Part shown: in pieces, positions 43,256 through 52,981 of the stretch
Layout: each line of letters begins with the position of its first letter
Position numbering within the stretch: the first letter of the stretch is position 1
From: Mangrovibacterium sp.
GTDB taxonomy: Bacteria > Bacteroidota > Bacteroidia > Bacteroidales > Prolixibacteraceae
Direction: 5' to 3'
Assembly (NCBI GenBank): GCA_047974225.1
Contig: JBKECD010000022.1
Coordinates: 29 to 64,028 of the forward strand
Length of the DNA stretch: 64,000 nt
Notes under the pieces: generated by a model
Told to the model about the DNA's origin: nothing
What the model saw: the letters and a program-made list of their open reading frames with translations, nothing else
The model's database searches: none
Position numbers and translations under genes: made by a program

Positions 43256-44491
43256 ATGAAAATATACAAATTCGGCGGCGCTGCCGTTTCTTCAGCCGAT
43301 GCCATCCGCCAAGTGGCGCAAATCATTCAGCAAAACAGCGGGCAACTCATTGTGGTGGTTTCAGCCATGGGGAAAACCACCAATGCGCTCGAAGTGCTGG
43401 TGCGAAAATACTTCAATGGCGAAGACCTTCAACCCGAACTAAACGCTATTCATGGCTATCATGAAGAAATTATGAATGAGCTGAAACTCGAAAACCGTCA
43501 GCTCCCTAAGCGCATTTGGCAGCAACTGCTCAAGCGCTTGCAGATTCAACCCTCGCTGTGCTTCGACTTTGAATACGACCAAATTGTGAGCTTCGGCGAA
43601 CTTCTTTCCACCGCCATTATCTCGGATTTCTTGCAGGAAAACAAGCAAGCCAATCAGTGGATTGACATTCGCTCGTGCCTGCGCACCGATGCGCAATATC
43701 GCGAAGCAAATGTCGATTGGAAACTGTCGGAAAAACTTTGCACAAAGCATTTTGTAGGCAGCGAACTATTCATAACCCAAGGATTCATCGGGGCTACACG
43801 CACCAACCTCACCACCACACTCGGGCGTGAAGGCTCTGATTATTCAGCAGCCATCATTGCCAGTGTGCTCCACGCCGAAAGCGTAACGATTTGGAAGAAT
43901 GTGCCGGGTGTGCTCAATGCCAATCCGCAGGACTTCGATTGCACCGAGAAGCTCGCCGAACTCTCGTATAAAGAAGCCATCGAGCTCGCCTATTCGGGGG
44001 CGAATATCATCCACCCCAAAACCATGAAGCCACTGCGCAACAACAACATTCCGCTCCTAGTGCGCTCCTTTGAAGACCTCAACGAAGCGGGCACAATCAT
44101 TCATGAAGTGGACGAAAAACTCGACTTGCCGCCCATCTATATTCAGAAGGAACACCAAGCCCTCATCACCCTTCAAGCCAAGGATTATTCCTTTGTGAGT
44201 GTGAATGAACTGACTGAGGTGTTTCAGTTCTTCAAGGAAAATCGCATCAAGGTGAACCTCATTCAGCAAGCAGCCATTCAGATTTCCTTTTGCATCGACG
44301 AACCCGAGTTCGACTTGCAGGAAGTGGCAAGTGAGCTCAGCCAAAATTTCAAAGTACTCTATAATAGTGGGCTCACTCTCGCCACCATTCGTTTCTATAA
44401 TAACGAATCCATCGCGCGCATGGTTGGCAGTCGCACCGTGCTGATGGAACAAAAAAGTCGGAAAACAATTAAAATGGTATTACAATCATGA
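43256..44491 (+). CDS. Aspartate kinase (monofunctional)
   Basis: MKIYKFGGAAVSSADAIRQVAQII...VVVVSAMGKTTNAL... with C-terminal ACT-like repeats. Confidence 0.9.
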   Translation: MKIYKFGGAAVSSADAIRQVAQIIQQNSGQLIVVVSAMGKTTNALEVLVRKYFNGEDLQPELNAIHGYHEEIMNELKLENRQLPKRIWQQLLKRLQIQPSLCFDFEYDQIVSFGELLSTAIISDFLQENKQANQWIDIRSCLRTDAQYREANVDWKLSEKLCTKHFVGSELFITQGFIGATRTNLTTTLGREGSDYSAAIIASVLHAESVTIWKNVPGVLNANPQDFDCTEKLAELSYKEAIELAYSGANIIHPKTMKPLRNNNIPLLVRSFEDLNEAGTIIHEVDEKLDLPPIYIQKEHQALITLQAKDYSFVSVNELTEVFQFFKENRIKVNLIQQAAIQISFCIDEPEFDLQEVASELSQNFKVLYNSGLTLATIRFYNNESIARMVGSRTVLMEQKSRKTIKMVLQS

Positions 44492-45408
44492 TCGAAATCT
44501 CAGCCATCATCGCCACCTATAATCGAGCGCAGTTTCTCGAAGGACTCTTCGACTCAATTCTTCAGCAAAGCATCGACAGCTCGCGCTATGAAGTGGTGCT
44601 AGTGAACAACAATTCCACTGATGACACCGAAGCGAAGTGCCACGAATTTATGGCAGCCCACCCCGAAGTGCAGGTGAAATATGTGGTGGAAACACAGCAA
44701 GGCTTGTCTTTCGGGCGAAATCGAGGCGTTGCAGAATCCACAGGCAAATACCTCACCTTTCTCGATGATGATGCGGTGCTGACACCTGATTTCTTTGCGC
44801 AAATCATCGGTTTTCTCGATGCACACCCCGAGGTTTCTGCCATTGGCGGAAAGATTCTCTTGAAATATATGGTAGGTAAGCCCTCGTGGTATAACCCCTA
44901 TCTTGCTTCGCTCTTAGGATTCTTCGATAAGGGCGATGCACAAAAACGCTTCACGAAAGATTATTTTCGAGGTTCAAACATGTCTTTTCGTGCCGAATTG
45001 TTTCAGCGTCATGAAGGCTTTAACACGGCACTCGGACGTGTGGGGCGGCAGCTCTATGGCAACGAAGAAAAGGAACTTTTTTATCGCTTGCAGGCGAAAG
45101 GCGAAGAGATGTGGTATGTGCCCGAAGCAGTAGTGTTTCACCTTGTGCCACAAGAGCGCACCACCGCAGAGTTCATCCGCAGGCAAGGCATCGGAAGTGG
45201 AATTAGCCAGCGGCGACAAGCTAAAGTCAGCGGACAAACTTCGGAAAGCATCGTGCTAGTGAAAGAAGCCCTAAAGTGGGTGGCAACATTGGGCTTGGCA
45301 GTGATTTATGCCTTGCAGCTGAAGTTTGCCGTCTCCATCATGCTCATTCGCTTCCGAGCATGGGTGAGCGAAGGGATGCTGTGCAAGAATGCTGGGAAGA
45401 AGCTATAA
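44488..45408 (+). CDS. Family 2 glycosyltransferase
   Basis: ISAIIATYNRAQFLEGLFDSILQQS..., plus DDD in ...LTFLDDDAV... The ATG overlaps the aspartate kinase stop (ATGA). Confidence 0.85.
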   Translation: MIEISAIIATYNRAQFLEGLFDSILQQSIDSSRYEVVLVNNNSTDDTEAKCHEFMAAHPEVQVKYVVETQQGLSFGRNRGVAESTGKYLTFLDDDAVLTPDFFAQIIGFLDAHPEVSAIGGKILLKYMVGKPSWYNPYLASLLGFFDKGDAQKRFTKDYFRGSNMSFRAELFQRHEGFNTALGRVGRQLYGNEEKELFYRLQAKGEEMWYVPEAVVFHLVPQERTTAEFIRRQGIGSGISQRRQAKVSGQTSESIVLVKEALKWVATLGLAVIYALQLKFAVSIMLIRFRAWVSEGMLCKNAGKKL

Positions 45409-45448
45409 GAAGCCTTGCGGCAAATAACGCCCCTATTCACCGCATAAT

Positions 45449-46104
45449 TTGCGGAGAATGAAGATTTATTTACATGAACACGAGAACTGGACGAACTTCA
45501 CTTGGGACAATCAGCAAGTGATGAAGTTGCTTGGCGAAGCGAGAAATCGGCAAGGGCAATTGGTCGGAAAAATGCACTCGCTGGGCTTCTACCTGCAAGA
45601 CGAAACCGTTTTGCACACCCTGACGCTAGACATCACAAAGTCATCGGAAATTGAAGGCGAACTTCTAGCCTCCGACCAAGTGCGATCCTCCATAGCACGC
45701 CGATTGGGAATGGATATTGCTGGAGCGGTGGAATCAGAACGCCATGTGGATGGAATTGTGGAGATGATGCTCGCTCGCTCCGATAAGAGTGTCCGCCGAT
45801 TTTATAGCCTATCAGCTCAGATTCGCATGGAAAGAAAGCAATATTATGAAGTACTCGAGAAGTCGCAAAAAGGCAATTCCGACATCACAGCTTGGGTTCT
45901 ATGGTTTTTGCAATGCCTAATCAATGCGGTTGAAGCAACCGAGCAAACCCTATCGAAAGTGCATGACAAAGCTGATTTTTGGAATCGACATGCCAAAACC
46001 ATACTCAACGACCGGCAACAAAAGATTATCAAGATTTAATCACCAAAGACATTCTGAAGAAAGAAGCTGGTGGGGGAAGAAGTACGAATTATGAACTTTG
46101 TTAA
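45449..46104 (+). pseudogene. Decayed Fic-family (DUF4172-Fic) gene with internal deletions
   Basis: The N-terminal DUF4172-like segment (MKIYLHEHENWTNFTWDNQ...) runs straight into ...IVEMMLARSDKSVRRFYSLSAQIRMERKQYYEVLEKSQKGN... with no HPFxxGNGR motif. After the stop at 46037-46039, a different frame (46039-46104) encodes ITKDILKKEAGGGRSTNYEL, the usual C-terminal end of such proteins. Confidence 0.65.
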
Positions 46105-46143
46105 CCCAAAATCCGTTCACAAAGTTTCCGAAGAAATATACTT

Positions 46144-47322
46144 CTACGTATTATTTCTTATCCATGCTAAAAGCCTTTGAGAGCTGTTTCCATCTTCCTC
46201 TAATCCGAATAGGTTACTAAAGCAGTCATTGACCTTTTCTAAATAATTATCTGATGAAAAATTTTCTATGCACTCTTGTAATTGAGTTTCGTTTTCAGCT
46301 ACGGGGAAAGGTAGTTGTTCTATTGGGAAGTAGCCACCCCTGTCATAGCTCTCTTTATCGACTGCATATGTGAAGCAAGGTTTCCTTAAAAGAGCAAAGT
46401 CGAACATGGTGCTAGAATAATCCGATATCATAGCATCTGCTGCAAGCATAAAGTCTTGTATGTCTGAAGCCCGAGTAACATTGTGAGTATGTGGATAATT
46501 AACCAAAGAATCTATGTCGGGATTATTATTCATGTTTGGATGTAATTTAACTAACACCTCAACTTCTCCGCCCAATAGGTTCTCTAGGGAGGGAATAATA
46601 TTTGTCCAATTAATGCGATAGAATTTTAGATCAGTGCTGTTATTGCGAAAGGTAGGAGCGTATAACACTATTTTGGCATTGTCATTGAAGCCAAGCTCTT
46701 TTCTTACACGATAATAGGTTTGATTAATGTATTCTGTGTTATAGTACGCATCATTTCTAGGACTACATTTTTCTAATATTTCTCCGTCATACCAAAATGC
46801 ACGTCGTATTTGTTGAGTAAAACGCATGCAGTTAGACAGCATTAGATCGCAGATTTCCGAATCCTTAATCGCCATCCTTTTATATCTTGGATTTAGCGTT
46901 TCTTCCACATCTTTTTCGATTGGCTTATTGCCTATGGAACCATGCCAAGTCATAATATATTTTTGATTCCGTTTTTTGCCAAATAAGGAGTCATACTTAT
47001 TATTTCTTGCATTTGTGATGACAAACTTCGACGTATATAAAGCCGCCATGTGCTGAAAACTATGTTTCTTCACTACATGTATTCGCCGATCTAATTCATC
47101 GGGTATGTTTTTGGAATCAAATGCCCAATAAACTTCGTATTCTTCCGGGGCATTCTCAAGAATATATTCTGTGATAGCCCTAGGATTACATGCGTATTTG
47201 GTGAAGTTATATGACCAACAAAAAATACGATTGTTTTTAACTTTAAAGAATGGTCGAATAAGCATAGCAATACTATACCAAAATAATCCAAGAAACTGAT
47301 TTTTGTATTTTTTTATAGACAT
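46144..47322 (-). CDS. CDP-glycerol/CDP-ribitol polyol-phosphate transferase (TagB/TagF family)
   Basis: ...VLYAPTFRNNS... and ...VKLHPNM... are motifs of TagF-type transferases; 392 aa. Confidence 0.8.
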   Translation of the reverse strand: MSIKKYKNQFLGLFWYSIAMLIRPFFKVKNNRIFCWSYNFTKYACNPRAITEYILENAPEEYEVYWAFDSKNIPDELDRRIHVVKKHSFQHMAALYTSKFVITNARNNKYDSLFGKKRNQKYIMTWHGSIGNKPIEKDVEETLNPRYKRMAIKDSEICDLMLSNCMRFTQQIRRAFWYDGEILEKCSPRNDAYYNTEYINQTYYRVRKELGFNDNAKIVLYAPTFRNNSTDLKFYRINWTNIIPSLENLLGGEVEVLVKLHPNMNNNPDIDSLVNYPHTHNVTRASDIQDFMLAADAMISDYSSTMFDFALLRKPCFTYAVDKESYDRGGYFPIEQLPFPVAENETQLQECIENFSSDNYLEKVNDCFSNLFGLEEDGNSSQRLLAWIRNNT

Positions 47323-47341
47323 ATTATATTAATCGGTGCTA

Positions 47342-48715
47342 TTATTTAAGTTTTACATCTACAACCTCCCCAGTTAAACTAGACACAAGCGTATTGATAG
47401 ACGCAATGGCTACATTCTCGGGATTCAACAGACTATCCTCTGGCTCAAAGCCAAAATTTGAAACTCTCATAGGCGTTTTTGTTCGCTCGGGATTAATACA
47501 GTTGATTCTTATTCCATCTTCTAACCATTCCTCACTAAGGGCTTGCACTAGGTTTACAATGGCTGCTTTTGTTGCCGAATAGGTGCAGTAGAAAGACCGA
47601 CCTCGAGTATATGAACTAGATGTGTAGAGCAATAACGAACCAGATGATTCCTTTAAATATTCACAACTCTCTTTTGCCACAATGAGCGCCCCTAAAAGAT
47701 TTGTATTTACACTCGTGATTATACTTTCGTAGTCCATATTACACAAGGCTTCCTTCATCAAAATTCCAGCGGTAGAAACAACATAGTCAATCCGATTGTG
47801 CTTTTGATAGACCGATTGAAAAGCCATTTTGACTTGCTCAACATCGGAAACATCTGTGTTGCTCTCCGACCTGCTGAATGAATAAACAATGGCATCAAAT
47901 CTTCGAGCCATTTTTACTATTTCACTGCCGATGCCATAACTTCCGCCAAAAACAATCATAACTTTGTTTTTCAGTCGCTCCTGAGCATCGAGGTCAATAG
48001 CTTCCTGATTTACGTTGTATGTTTTTAATTGAAACATCTTTTCGAGTAAATGTAAATCTTCGTGATATGTCAGTTTCATATTAAAAGTTTCACCATCTAC
48101 CAGATAAATATCTTCGTGAGGAAGATACGTTTTAACAACTCCACAGTCGTCAGTTGTAGTAAATTTTGGGTCATCTAAAGCCAACTCATAGGCTCGTGCT
48201 ATCGTTTCTAGCTTAAAGGCTTGTGGTGTTTGTCCGTTTCTCAGATTGTGTCTTGGGGGTATTCCTGAAATTGTATTTTTGTCTGAAGCTTTGATGATGG
48301 TATCGACGGTTGGAATAACGACATCAACAGCATTATACTTTTCTAAAGCGTTGATACAATCATTGATGATTCGGTGATTGACCAGCGGTCTGACAGCATC
48401 ATGGAAAATGATGTTGGTGTCGTTTGCCATTCCTTCGCAAGCTTTTATGGCTGCTAAACTTGAATGATAACGCTCTTTGCCACCCGACAATATTCTTTTC
48501 ACTTTGCTGAGCTTGTTTCTTAAAACAATGCTTTCGATTTTATCAATATACATTGGATTTGAAACAACAATAATTTCATCAATCAGATGATGCGTTTGAA
48601 ACACCTCTATGGTGTGTTCAATCACCATTTTCCCAGCAATCTTAATGAATTGTTTCGGATACTCAGAACTCATCCTTTGACCATTTCCACCAGCCAATAT
48701 TACTGCAATATTCAT
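47342..48715 (-). CDS. Bifunctional IspD/TarI-like cytidylyltransferase fused to an SDR reductase (Bcs1-like CDP-polyol synthase)
   Basis: The N-terminus MNIAVILAGGNGQRMSSEYPKQFIKIAG is a cytidylyltransferase start. The C-terminal half has the glycine motif VFGGSYGIGS and the catalytic YSATK. Confidence 0.85.
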   Translation of the reverse strand: MNIAVILAGGNGQRMSSEYPKQFIKIAGKMVIEHTIEVFQTHHLIDEIIVVSNPMYIDKIESIVLRNKLSKVKRILSGGKERYHSSLAAIKACEGMANDTNIIFHDAVRPLVNHRIINDCINALEKYNAVDVVIPTVDTIIKASDKNTISGIPPRHNLRNGQTPQAFKLETIARAYELALDDPKFTTTDDCGVVKTYLPHEDIYLVDGETFNMKLTYHEDLHLLEKMFQLKTYNVNQEAIDLDAQERLKNKVMIVFGGSYGIGSEIVKMARRFDAIVYSFSRSESNTDVSDVEQVKMAFQSVYQKHNRIDYVVSTAGILMKEALCNMDYESIITSVNTNLLGALIVAKESCEYLKESSGSLLLYTSSSYTRGRSFYCTYSATKAAIVNLVQALSEEWLEDGIRINCINPERTKTPMRVSNFGFEPEDSLLNPENVAIASINTLVSSLTGEVVDVKLK

Positions 48716-48765
48716 ATCTTATAAATCTGTTGTTTGAAGGGTTAATTAATGTGGGTCTTTCCTCT

Positions 48766-49770
48766 TTAAATTGCAATAAGAAATCTTACGATATCAAATG
48801 CTATCTTACTCTTTAAGCCTGCTTGATAAGGAGGCGATAGCGTATTCCCATCTCTGAAAGCTCTTTTCAGTTCTTTATTCTTGCGAATTTTTAATATTTT
48901 CTTCACCACAGAAAATACGCCAATAGATCTATACTCGATAAGTAATGAGTAATACAAAATATTCCGAACAGTACCTTGCCAACGAGTTTTATATTTGTCA
49001 AATACCCCCTCTCTGTGGAGATGATTTTGGACGTACTCTAAAAGCGCACTTCTCTTTTCTATTTGGAGGTAAGAATATGTTTTCCCCGTATTGCTATTAA
49101 TACCTACATCGTGATAATATAAAGGAGAAGCGATAAAACCAGCTCGCTGAATACAACGAGTATAATCGACCATAAAACAGATATCTTCAGCACTGATATA
49201 ATTCGTATCGACAAATGTTATCTGATGCCTTTTGATGATATCAAGTCGATATAAGTTTTTCCATATCAGAGCCTTGTTTAGAACGTTGTAATCTTCATCA
49301 GCATCAGCCCCGATGCTACATGCATAAGCAGCTTGCGCAAACTCCTCCGCTTGCAACTCTTCTGGGAAGTCATTCATACATGTGATTTCATCGCCTTTTA
49401 CAATGACATATGGACTGCAAACCAAATCCAACTGCTCATCTTCCGCCTTTCGATAGAGCAATTCATACATTTGAGGGTCGGCATAATCATCATGGTCGTT
49501 AAAACCAATGTATTTTCCTTGCGCTATTTTCAACCCCTCGTTTCGAGAATTTCCAATATGCAGGTTTGTCTGATTCTGAATGATTTTTATTCGAGAATCT
49601 TGTTGAGCATATTCCTTCGCAATCAAATCACTGCCATCTGTTGGGCAATCGAGTATGAGTATGATTTCAATCTCTCTCAGTGTTTGGTTGATGAGAGAAT
49701 CTAAACAACGTTTCAGAAGTTCTCCTGCATTATGCACCGGAACAATGATACTCACTAATATATTATTCAT
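48766..49770 (-). CDS. Family 2 glycosyltransferase
   Basis: VSIIVPVHNAGELLKRCLDSLINQTL... with DHDD in ...IGFNDHDDYA... Confidence 0.85.
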   Translation of the reverse strand: MNNILVSIIVPVHNAGELLKRCLDSLINQTLREIEIILILDCPTDGSDLIAKEYAQQDSRIKIIQNQTNLHIGNSRNEGLKIAQGKYIGFNDHDDYADPQMYELLYRKAEDEQLDLVCSPYVIVKGDEITCMNDFPEELQAEEFAQAAYACSIGADADEDYNVLNKALIWKNLYRLDIIKRHQITFVDTNYISAEDICFMVDYTRCIQRAGFIASPLYYHDVGINSNTGKTYSYLQIEKRSALLEYVQNHLHREGVFDKYKTRWQGTVRNILYYSLLIEYRSIGVFSVVKKILKIRKNKELKRAFRDGNTLSPPYQAGLKSKIAFDIVRFLIAI

Positions 49771-51226
49771 CTTTCGTAATTTTTCTAGTTAAAATCTGCA
49801 TGACTTGCATCACAAAAGGGTCTTTCATTTTTAATAGATACACGCCATAAACGAACACACTTCCCACTATTCCTGCAATTAGAAATTCTATTTCTCCCTT
49901 CAGCCAAGCATGCAGCACATACAAATACAGCAATATGAGCAGAGTGCCTATAAGATAGTTGAGGTTTTGTTTCGTAAAAACAGAGAACTTCAAATATTTT
50001 CGACCTAAAAGGATCATCATAAGAAGTCCCGTAAACTCTGCCGCAAATGTGCCGACAGCAGCACCATACTGCGCATATCGAGGTATTAACACCAGATTAA
50101 GGGTTAAATTCATCACCGCCCCAACACCAGTAGCAATGATATGCAACTTTTCTTTTCCCAAAGGAAATAAGATTTGAGATCCAACAACGCTGGCTAAGCT
50201 AATAAACAGAATAATGGGGGAGATGATTTGAAGCGTTAAGACCGATGGTGCGAAACCTTCTCCGCAAAAAAGAGATATCATTGGGGATGCCATCACAGCC
50301 ACCCCTACGGTCATCGGTAGGCTTAGTGCCAAAATAAAGCTCACAGCTTTCCCCGCCAAAGCATAAAACTCATCGAAAAGACCACTGGAAACCATATTTG
50401 AGAATCGAGGCATTAGCACTCCACTCAAGGATGTTGCAACTCCCAGAACCGTCCGGGTTAATCGCATAGCCGCAGCGTAATATCCCACAGCCTGCTCATC
50501 TTTCAAGAAACCAAGCATCACCGAATCGAGATTGATGTAGATGCTCGTGATTAGATACAATACAAAGATTCGCAAGGCTGGAGCTAAATGTCTTTTTAAA
50601 TTCAGCTGCCGAAATGATGAAATGACCGAAAGGTCTAAATATTTTCGTAGGCGAAAAAAGTTGAACAAACTACTCCCCACATTTGCCACCACTGTGATTG
50701 CGGCATAATACAATATATCATCCTTCGTTTTCACAAACACAAACAAGCCAATCAGCGAAAATATTCTGACCGCAATGGTTCGTATCGTGATATACTTGAA
50801 ATCTTCAATCCCTTGATAAAACCAAGGCACTCCAATAGCATTGAAAAACAAAGTCGTGCTCAGCAATAGAAATAGCGGAATATCCGCTTGAATTTTCCCA
50901 ACAGTAGCAGCCAAGATGAATACACTCAGATAACCACCAACAGTAAATAGCGTGTGCAACAATAAGATTTCACATGTCACCTTCGTAGTTTCTGCTTTGT
51001 TATCTCTCACCCGAGCCACTTCTCGCACGGCATAAAGCGGAATACCAATAGCGGCAAATAAAGCAATGTAGTTTATGATTGACTGAAAGAACTGCACCTG
51101 CCCGATTCCATCCGCCATCAGTATCCGCGATGTATAGGGAAACGTGATCAACGGGAACAGCAAACCTGATATGGTGTTTATCAGGTTTAGTGCGAAGTTC
51201 TTTTTTATGGAGTTTGACATGAACAA
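49763..51226 (-). CDS. Wzx-type polysaccharide flippase (MOP superfamily)
   Basis: 487 aa with about 12-14 TM helices. The N-terminus ...NLINTISGLLFPLITFPYTSRILMADGIGQVQF... is typical. The 3' end overlaps the GT2 start by 8 nt. Confidence 0.85.
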   Translation of the reverse strand: MFMSNSIKKNFALNLINTISGLLFPLITFPYTSRILMADGIGQVQFFQSIINYIALFAAIGIPLYAVREVARVRDNKAETTKVTCEILLLHTLFTVGGYLSVFILAATVGKIQADIPLFLLLSTTLFFNAIGVPWFYQGIEDFKYITIRTIAVRIFSLIGLFVFVKTKDDILYYAAITVVANVGSSLFNFFRLRKYLDLSVISSFRQLNLKRHLAPALRIFVLYLITSIYINLDSVMLGFLKDEQAVGYYAAAMRLTRTVLGVATSLSGVLMPRFSNMVSSGLFDEFYALAGKAVSFILALSLPMTVGVAVMASPMISLFCGEGFAPSVLTLQIISPIILFISLASVVGSQILFPLGKEKLHIIATGVGAVMNLTLNLVLIPRYAQYGAAVGTFAAEFTGLLMMILLGRKYLKFSVFTKQNLNYLIGTLLILLYLYVLHAWLKGEIEFLIAGIVGSVFVYGVYLLKMKDPFVMQVMQILTRKITKDE

Positions 51227-51273
51227 TCTTTATCTGATGCAATAGCGCGACAATGTAGGATTTTCTTTAGCAT

Positions 51274-51310
51274 AGTCTCGATATTCTCTTCCGAAGAAAA
51301 TATCGAGACT
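51274..51310 (-). terminator. 17-bp stem hairpin downstream of the sulfatase gene
   Basis: agtctcgatattctctt ccg aagaaaatatcgagact with one mismatch. A second perfect 18-bp palindrome, ataaacacatgtgtttat, lies at 51342-51359. Neither is followed by a clean U-run. Confidence 0.45.
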
Positions 51311-51375
51311 GCAAAGATGCGTATTTTCTTAGAATAGTCGCATAAACACATGTGTTTATTGTAGAAGTTCACCTT

Positions 51376-52815
51376 TTAATACGCTATCCCCAAATCATTT
51401 GTACGCACTGCTGCTAGCTTTGCTTTCAGCTGCTGCTGCATGTCTTCGAGCACTTGAGCATAGGCGGGATTGTAGGCTAGGTTGGTGAATTGCTGGGGGT
51501 CTCTTTCCATGTCAAACAATTCCATGCCGCCACGAGCATCCTCTTTATATTGAATATACGCCCACTTGCGTGTGCGCATCAGGAATGCTTGTCCTTGCGA
51601 CACACTGAAAACAGCATCTCTCACTTCCTCCGAAGGGTTATCAATCAGTTTAGCTAAGCTTTTTCCTTGGATATGTTCGGGGATGTCGAGCCCTGCCAAA
51701 TCCGCAAGTGTGGGATAAAGGTCGAGCAATTCAGAAAAAGAATTGCAGATGGCGGGAGTTTTGCCTGGGACTTTAATAATGAGTGGCACTCTGACAGATT
51801 CTTCTTTTAGGCTAACTTTCATCCAGAAGTCATGTTCGCCAAGGTGAAAACCATGGTCGGATGTGAAAACCACAATAGTATTATCTTCCAAGCCCTCTTC
51901 TTTGAGTGTCTGAAGCACTTTCCCCACCTGAGCGTCCATATACGACACGCTGGCATAGTATGCGGCAATGGCTTTTTGCTGTTGCTCGGGACTCATTTGT
52001 GCGTTTTGAGTGTTCACATAGTTGATTCCTTGCTTGGGAATGTCGTCCCAATCGCCTTCCACCTTTGGAGGTAGTTGGATACCCTCAAAGGGATAAGGAT
52101 CGAAGTATTTTGATGGGGCAACAAAAGGCACATGAGGACGAACAAAGCCAACAGCTAAGAAGAATGGTTCGTTTTTGTGTTGGCGAATTAATTCGCATGC
52201 TTTTTGAGCAGTCTTTCCATCGGCATGCACCATGTCATCGCCATCAGCCTTGACAATAGTCATTACATTGCCCCCTTTTATTGGCAGCGTGCCGTCAGGG
52301 TTTCCTTGTACAAGCTCACCTTCACCTGGAGCTTTCCATTCGGGTGCTTGGCTGTTGAATTTCTCCGTCCACGATGCAGGATCGTCGGTTCCATCGCTTC
52401 CTTTTTCGATATCAATCGGGATGCCCATGTGAAAAATCTTACTCACACGAGCGGTGTAATATCCATTTTCCTTGAAATATTGCGGAAGCGTTTTGCGCTC
52501 ATCGCCGATTTGCTTTCTTCCACTTTCGTAGCCGAATGCTTTGGTGGCATCAGGATAATATCCGTTGAGCATGGAAGCTCGCGAAGGACCACACACGGGA
52601 TATTGAGTGTAGGCAGATGTAAAACGCACGCCTTCGGCGGCTAGAGCGTCAATATTTGGCGTCTGACACACTCTGTTTTCGTAGGTTGAAATGGCTGTGG
52701 CAGTCAAATCATCCGAGATGATAAATAATACATTGGGCTTGGCGGCTTCCTTGTCTTGGTTCTGACAAGCAGAAACCGACAGTGCAAGCAGACAGGCTAA
52801 AGCTAAAGTTCTCAT
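51376..52815 (-). CDS. Formylglycine-dependent sulfatase (lipoprotein)
   Basis: ...FIISDDLT... and the C-x-P-x-R motif in ...YPVCGPSRASMLNG...; signal/lipobox ...LSVSACQ. Confidence 0.9.
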   Translation of the reverse strand: MRTLALACLLALSVSACQNQDKEAAKPNVLFIISDDLTATAISTYENRVCQTPNIDALAAEGVRFTSAYTQYPVCGPSRASMLNGYYPDATKAFGYESGRKQIGDERKTLPQYFKENGYYTARVSKIFHMGIPIDIEKGSDGTDDPASWTEKFNSQAPEWKAPGEGELVQGNPDGTLPIKGGNVMTIVKADGDDMVHADGKTAQKACELIRQHKNEPFFLAVGFVRPHVPFVAPSKYFDPYPFEGIQLPPKVEGDWDDIPKQGINYVNTQNAQMSPEQQQKAIAAYYASVSYMDAQVGKVLQTLKEEGLEDNTIVVFTSDHGFHLGEHDFWMKVSLKEESVRVPLIIKVPGKTPAICNSFSELLDLYPTLADLAGLDIPEHIQGKSLAKLIDNPSEEVRDAVFSVSQGQAFLMRTRKWAYIQYKEDARGGMELFDMERDPQQFTNLAYNPAYAQVLEDMQQQLKAKLAAVRTNDLGIAY

Positions 52816-52981
52816 GGTATTAAATCAGCGGGCTCTCACGGTTACTTTTCTATTTTTCGACTTCGCAAGAAAGTGCCGAACCCTTTAACACTTCTGCCAA
52901 GTCGAGCTCAAATATACTATTATTATTGATGTCTAATCAATCTAAATAGGTAAATCTAGCTGGAATTGTCTAATCACGTGC

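Noticed and set aside
44488-44491. The ATGA overlap coupling aspartate kinase to a GT2 glycosyltransferase, considered as a functional link.
   Set aside because: Four-base start/stop overlaps are common and do not by themselves imply a shared pathway. I noted it only in the feature evidence.
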